39,246 nucleotides of DNA from a virus: the IMG/VR virus record IMGVR_UViG_3300045988_059661. One strand, given 5' to 3'. The position numbers and the translations under genes are program-made. The notes beneath the pieces were generated by a model. It was not told where the DNA came from. It did not search any database and was given only the letters and a program-made list of their open reading frames with translations. Every line of letters begins with the position of its first letter. Within the stretch, counting starts at the first letter, position 1. This document shows, one piece after another, positions 36,670 through 39,246 of the stretch.

Positions 36670-36690
36670 TTGTTGATTATTAATCAACAA
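36670..36690. promoter_or_regulatory. Operator-like palindrome TTGTTGATTA t TAATCAACAA
   Basis: Perfect 10-bp arms; the half-site recurs at 36993-37003 and 36961-36970 in the cro/cI intergenic region; overlaps the cro stop. Confidence 0.5.
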
Positions 36691-36895
36691 TTTGAGCAAA
36701 AAAAATTGCATTCCTATCCTCGGGAGAAAGATTTAATGCCTTACTAAGACAAATAATTTCCGAACACCGGAAATCATTCTTTCCATTCAGCTTATTGTAC
36801 AATCCTTGAGGAGTTAAGCCGCAGGCTTCTGCTAATGCGTAAATCTTAATCCCAGACTTGTTGATTCGATTCTTTAAAAGCTCGTAATTGATCAT
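36680..36895 (-). CDS. Cro-like XRE-family HTH regulator (71 aa)
   Basis: MINYELLKNRINKSGIKIYALAEACGLTPQGLYNKLNG; ATG 36895 after GGAGG; divergent from the cI-like gene. Confidence 0.75.
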   Translation of the reverse strand: MINYELLKNRINKSGIKIYALAEACGLTPQGLYNKLNGKNDFRCSEIICLSKALNLSPEDRNAIFFAQIVD

Positions 36896-36937
36896 CTTTA
36901 CACCTCCTCTCAATGTTGATTTAAAATCTACAATCAC

Positions 36938-36967
36938 ATAATAGCATTCATGATTCCATCTTGTCAA
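36938..36967 (-). promoter_or_regulatory. Putative early lytic promoter (PR-like): -35 TTGACA (36962-36967), 18-bp spacer, -10 TATTAT (36938-36943)
   Basis: Consensus -35 inside the operator half-site TTGTTGACAA. Confidence 0.5.
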
Positions 36968-36995
36968 CAAAATTTTCCTATTTCGTAAATTTTTG

Positions 36996-37024
36996 TTGAT
37001 TATTTTGAAACGGTCTGCTATAAT
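36996..37024 (+). promoter_or_regulatory. Putative repressor promoter: -35 TTGATT (36996-37001), 17-bp spacer, -10 TATAAT (37019-37024)
   Basis: The -35 overlaps the operator half-site TTGTTGATTAT; RBS AAAGGAG at 37032-37038. Confidence 0.5.
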
Positions 37025-37046
37025 TCCCCCAAAAGGAGATATTCAT

Positions 37047-37424
37047 ATGGAAACTATTTATGAACGCATTCGGCGATTAAGACAAGAAAACAATATGTCT
37101 CAAGACGAATTGGCAAAGAAAACCGGATACACTTCTCGCAGTACGATTAATAAAATTGAAGCTGGAAAGATTGATATATCACGGGCAAAAATCAAGGTTT
37201 TTGCCGACGCTCTTGGAGTTACCCCAGCATACTTAATGGGATGGGAAGACGAATCGGAACAAGGCTACTACACCGACCCAGAGGTAGCGGAATACGCCGA
37301 AGAGCTGAGGACGAATCCTAAGTACCGGCTGCTATTCGACGCTAGCAAGGATTTAAGCAAGGAAGATATAGATTTCGTGGTCGATATGATAGAACGATTA
37401 AAAGCCCGTGAAGGGAAGGAATAA
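37047..37424 (+). CDS. CI/ImmR-like XRE-family repressor (125 aa)
   Basis: HTH QDELAKKTGYTSRSTINKIEAGK; ATG 37047 after AAAGGAG. Confidence 0.8.
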   Translation: METIYERIRRLRQENNMSQDELAKKTGYTSRSTINKIEAGKIDISRAKIKVFADALGVTPAYLMGWEDESEQGYYTDPEVAEYAEELRTNPKYRLLFDASKDLSKEDIDFVVDMIERLKAREGKE

Positions 37425-37429
37425 AAAAC

Positions 37430-37696
37430 TTGAACGTTACGCTATTGTACGCTGAATTGAAACCGTCTCAGACGGCTGTAGTCCGTGAGAATGAAGACGG
37501 CTCTTATACTATATTAATCAACAAAAATAAATGCCCTGAACGGCAAATTCAGGGCGTATTACACGAACTGGCACATATTAAGAACGATGACTTTAGCAGC
37601 GACTTACACGCTGACATGGTAGAGTCGTTACTACATAATGCAACTCCCTGCCCTCGTGTAGCTGAAGACGTCGAGTTTTACTGCCGGGTTGTATAA
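37430..37696 (+). CDS. Short ImmA/IrrE-like HEXXH metallopeptidase (88 aa); putative anti-repressor protease
   Basis: GVLHELAHIKNDD (HEXXH); TTG start 9 nt after GGGAAGGA; immediately downstream of the repressor. Confidence 0.6.
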   Translation: MNVTLLYAELKPSQTAVVRENEDGSYTILINKNKCPERQIQGVLHELAHIKNDDFSSDLHADMVESLLHNATPCPRVAEDVEFYCRVV

Positions 37697-37736
37697 ATGA
37701 CAGAGTTTATGTAAGAAGAAAAATTAGGAGGATTTT

Positions 37737-38177
37737 ATGAAAAAATTGCTATTAACCATTTTATGCGTACTCATTTGTCCCCTTGCGGTTAACGCCGTTA
37801 ATTACGTCCAGATCTCAAAGAATATAGAATCAGCCGTCTTTGTCGACAATGATAGCATTTCTGTAATCCGCTATGCACCACCATATTATGTTATTCAATG
37901 TGATGAACGAATTCACAGTTTTACAATGGGAAAATGGGCTCAAATAACGAGCCAATATCTCTATGACTATGATAATCAGATTATTAAAAAACGATATGTT
38001 AGCATGAAAGCAAGAAAAGAAGATTCCCCTTGGAGTAATCCTATTAAATATACAAGGATAGACGACGTTAGTAAAAATCAATCCAACTGGTGGATAGCCA
38101 ATTACATCTTCAACAAGGCGTATAACATGTATTTCTCTCCGGAAGTGCAGGCCAAGTATGGAGCCAAGCATACATAA
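37737..38177 (+). CDS. Secreted protein (signal peptide MKKLLLTILCVLICPLAVNA), unknown function
   Basis: AGGAGG RBS at 6-nt spacing; N-terminal signal peptide. Confidence 0.7.
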   Translation: MKKLLLTILCVLICPLAVNAVNYVQISKNIESAVFVDNDSISVIRYAPPYYVIQCDERIHSFTMGKWAQITSQYLYDYDNQIIKKRYVSMKARKEDSPWSNPIKYTRIDDVSKNQSNWWIANYIFNKAYNMYFSPEVQAKYGAKHT

Positions 38178-38315
38178 TGGCCCTGCCTTCTACTCAAACG
38201 AAGAAATAAACGACCTTCCCGTAACCATTATCGGCAAGGTCATTGAACTGCGGCGATCGTTTTAAAATAATCTCATCTATTTTGATAGACCATTTTTTCA
38301 AGGAGGTATATACCA

Positions 38316-39246
38316 TTGCTTTCCACCGTTACAGAAAAAGACTTGTTAAAGTATCTAAAAGAAGAACATCTGCTCCCCGTTGAGGTTCCCCGTAGAAATT
38401 ATTGGTTTCTGAGAACAAATAGTGGAGATTTTTTTGAAGAGTTCTATGGAAACGACTATGTAGCCATCGGTTGGGACGATATACAACCTATTGCCGAAAA
38501 AGAACGGACCGAAGAGATTCTGAAAGGATATAAATTGATATATGGCCGGATGACTACTCGGATTATGAATCAGGTTTACAGATTCTGTTATGAAATGAAA
38601 AAGGGCGATATTGTGATTATTCCTGCAGCTCGTTCTAACTGGTTTGCCTTTGGTGTCTTAACGGAAGATTCCTGGTACGAAGAAACATTGACGGATGAAG
38701 TTCTTGAAGATGAAGATGCCTGCCATTTTAAAAAGAGACGTTCTGTTAAATGGATTCAATCAGCAAAAAAACACATGGTCGATTCAAAACTATATCTATT
38801 TTTTAGAAACCAACAGGCCTTATCCAAAGCAAATGACTATGCAGAATTTATAGAAAGAGCTATAAACCCGTACTATATTCTTGACGGCGTTGCTCATATT
38901 AATTTTGCTGTGCAGAAAAAAACAAATATCCCGGCTCTTTACTTACCTTTATTTATTACCGGCTTACTGGAATACGCATCCACGTTAAGTAATTCGATTG
39001 ACAGTCGACAATCGGAAACAGAAGACACTTTTTCTAATGAAATTTCAACTAGAATAAACGTTCAAAGTCCCGGAGTTATTGAGTTTCTCGGTGACCCGTT
39101 GAAAATACATTGCCTTGCGATTATTGGCTTTTTAATCGTCGGGGGAAAGGCTCATTTTTCTTATACCTCACAGGAAGGAATAAACGCTGACTTGTCAACC
39201 GATGGAGTCTTAGGTTTTATTTTAAAATTATTAAAACAAAAAAAAG
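38316..39246 (+). CDS. 5' portion of the wrap-around CDS (about 334 aa total; continues at 120-193): PUA-like (EVE/ASCH-type) N-terminal domain (hypothesis) plus an uncharacterised C-terminal half with two hydrophobic segments
   Basis: TTG 38316, 9 nt after AGGAGG; N-terminus …RRNYWFLRTNSGDFFEEFYGNDYVAIGWDD…RIMNQVYRFCYEMKKGDIVIIPAARSNWFAFGVLTED resembles the EVE consensus. Confidence 0.6.
   Translation, partial: MLSTVTEKDLLKYLKEEHLLPVEVPRRNYWFLRTNSGDFFEEFYGNDYVAIGWDDIQPIAEKERTEEILKGYKLIYGRMTTRIMNQVYRFCYEMKKGDIVIIPAARSNWFAFGVLTEDSWYEETLTDEVLEDEDACHFKKRRSVKWIQSAKKHMVDSKLYLFFRNQQALSKANDYAEFIERAINPYYILDGVAHINFAVQKKTNIPALYLPLFITGLLEYASTLSNSIDSRQSETEDTFSNEISTRINVQSPGVIEFLGDPLKIHCLAIIGFLIVGGKAHFSYTSQEGINADLSTDGVLGFILKLLKQKK
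39128..39246 (+). repeat. Terminal direct repeat, copy 2 (identical to 1-119)
   Basis: Exact identity. Confidence 0.95.

Larger units (their letters stand above)
1..39246. mobile_element. Complete temperate phage genome, PBSX/Xkd-type myovirus with SPP1-like head module; closed contig with 119-bp terminal redundancy
   Basis: Integrase, attP-like site, cI/cro switch, complete terminase-to-lysis module, 119-nt identical ends, and an ORF continuous across the ends. Confidence 0.75.

Noticed and set aside
1-39246. CRISPR arrays, rRNA, IS elements/transposases, toxin-antitoxin pairs
   Set aside because: No regularly spaced direct repeats, no rRNA-like conserved stretches, and no transposase-like ORFs or terminal IRs were seen. 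The RHH gene has no adjacent toxin-sized partner.

Overview
The window is a complete temperate phage genome of about 39.1 kb, of the Firmicutes type. It has a PBSX/Xkd-like contractile tail and SPP1-like head genes. It appears as a closed, circularly permuted contig. Nucleotides 1-119 are identical to 39128-39246, and one ORF (38316 to the window end, continuing at 120-193) reads in frame across that junction. An intact attP-like site lies inside the window, so this looks like the free phage genome form and not an attL/attR-bounded prophage.

Nearly all lytic genes are on the minus strand:
- Early and regulatory genes: Cro-like (36680-36895), Xis-like, several small proteins, and a sigma-70-r4-like late activator (27318-27749).
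- Replication and recombination: SMC/Rad50-like ATPase, Sak4-like, DUF669-like, SF2 helicase, primase-polymerase with AAA_25, and RusA (28486-35550), with an inverted-repeat/iteron cluster at 29014-29078.
- Packaging and head: TerS, TerL, portal, MuF-like protein with a JAB-like C-terminus, scaffold and major capsid (19405-26292).
- Connector and tail: sheath, tube, an XkdN-like chaperone with an A_AAA_AAC -1 frameshift, tape measure, and XkdP/Q/R/S/T/U-like baseplate, fibres and neck proteins (5549-19196).
- Lysis: XhlA-like protein, holin and amidase (4456-5536).

On the plus strand there is a lysogeny and cargo block:
- a CI-like XRE repressor and an ImmA-like HEXXH peptidase;
- a secreted protein;
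- a PUA/EVE-like protein that wraps around the contig ends;
- an Abi_2 abortive-infection gene with an unusual leader (strong promoter followed by a 40-bp hairpin);
- a tyrosine integrase followed by attP, which consists of a tRNA-Ser(GGA) 3' fragment flanked by arm-type repeats.

Candidate accessory elements:
- the repressor-to-integrase cargo cluster;
- a 3-TM membrane protein between the late activator and terminase, flanked by two related terminator hairpins;
- a small gene with its own terminator inside the head operon.

The sequence shows no CRISPR array, no rRNA and no complete tRNA gene.
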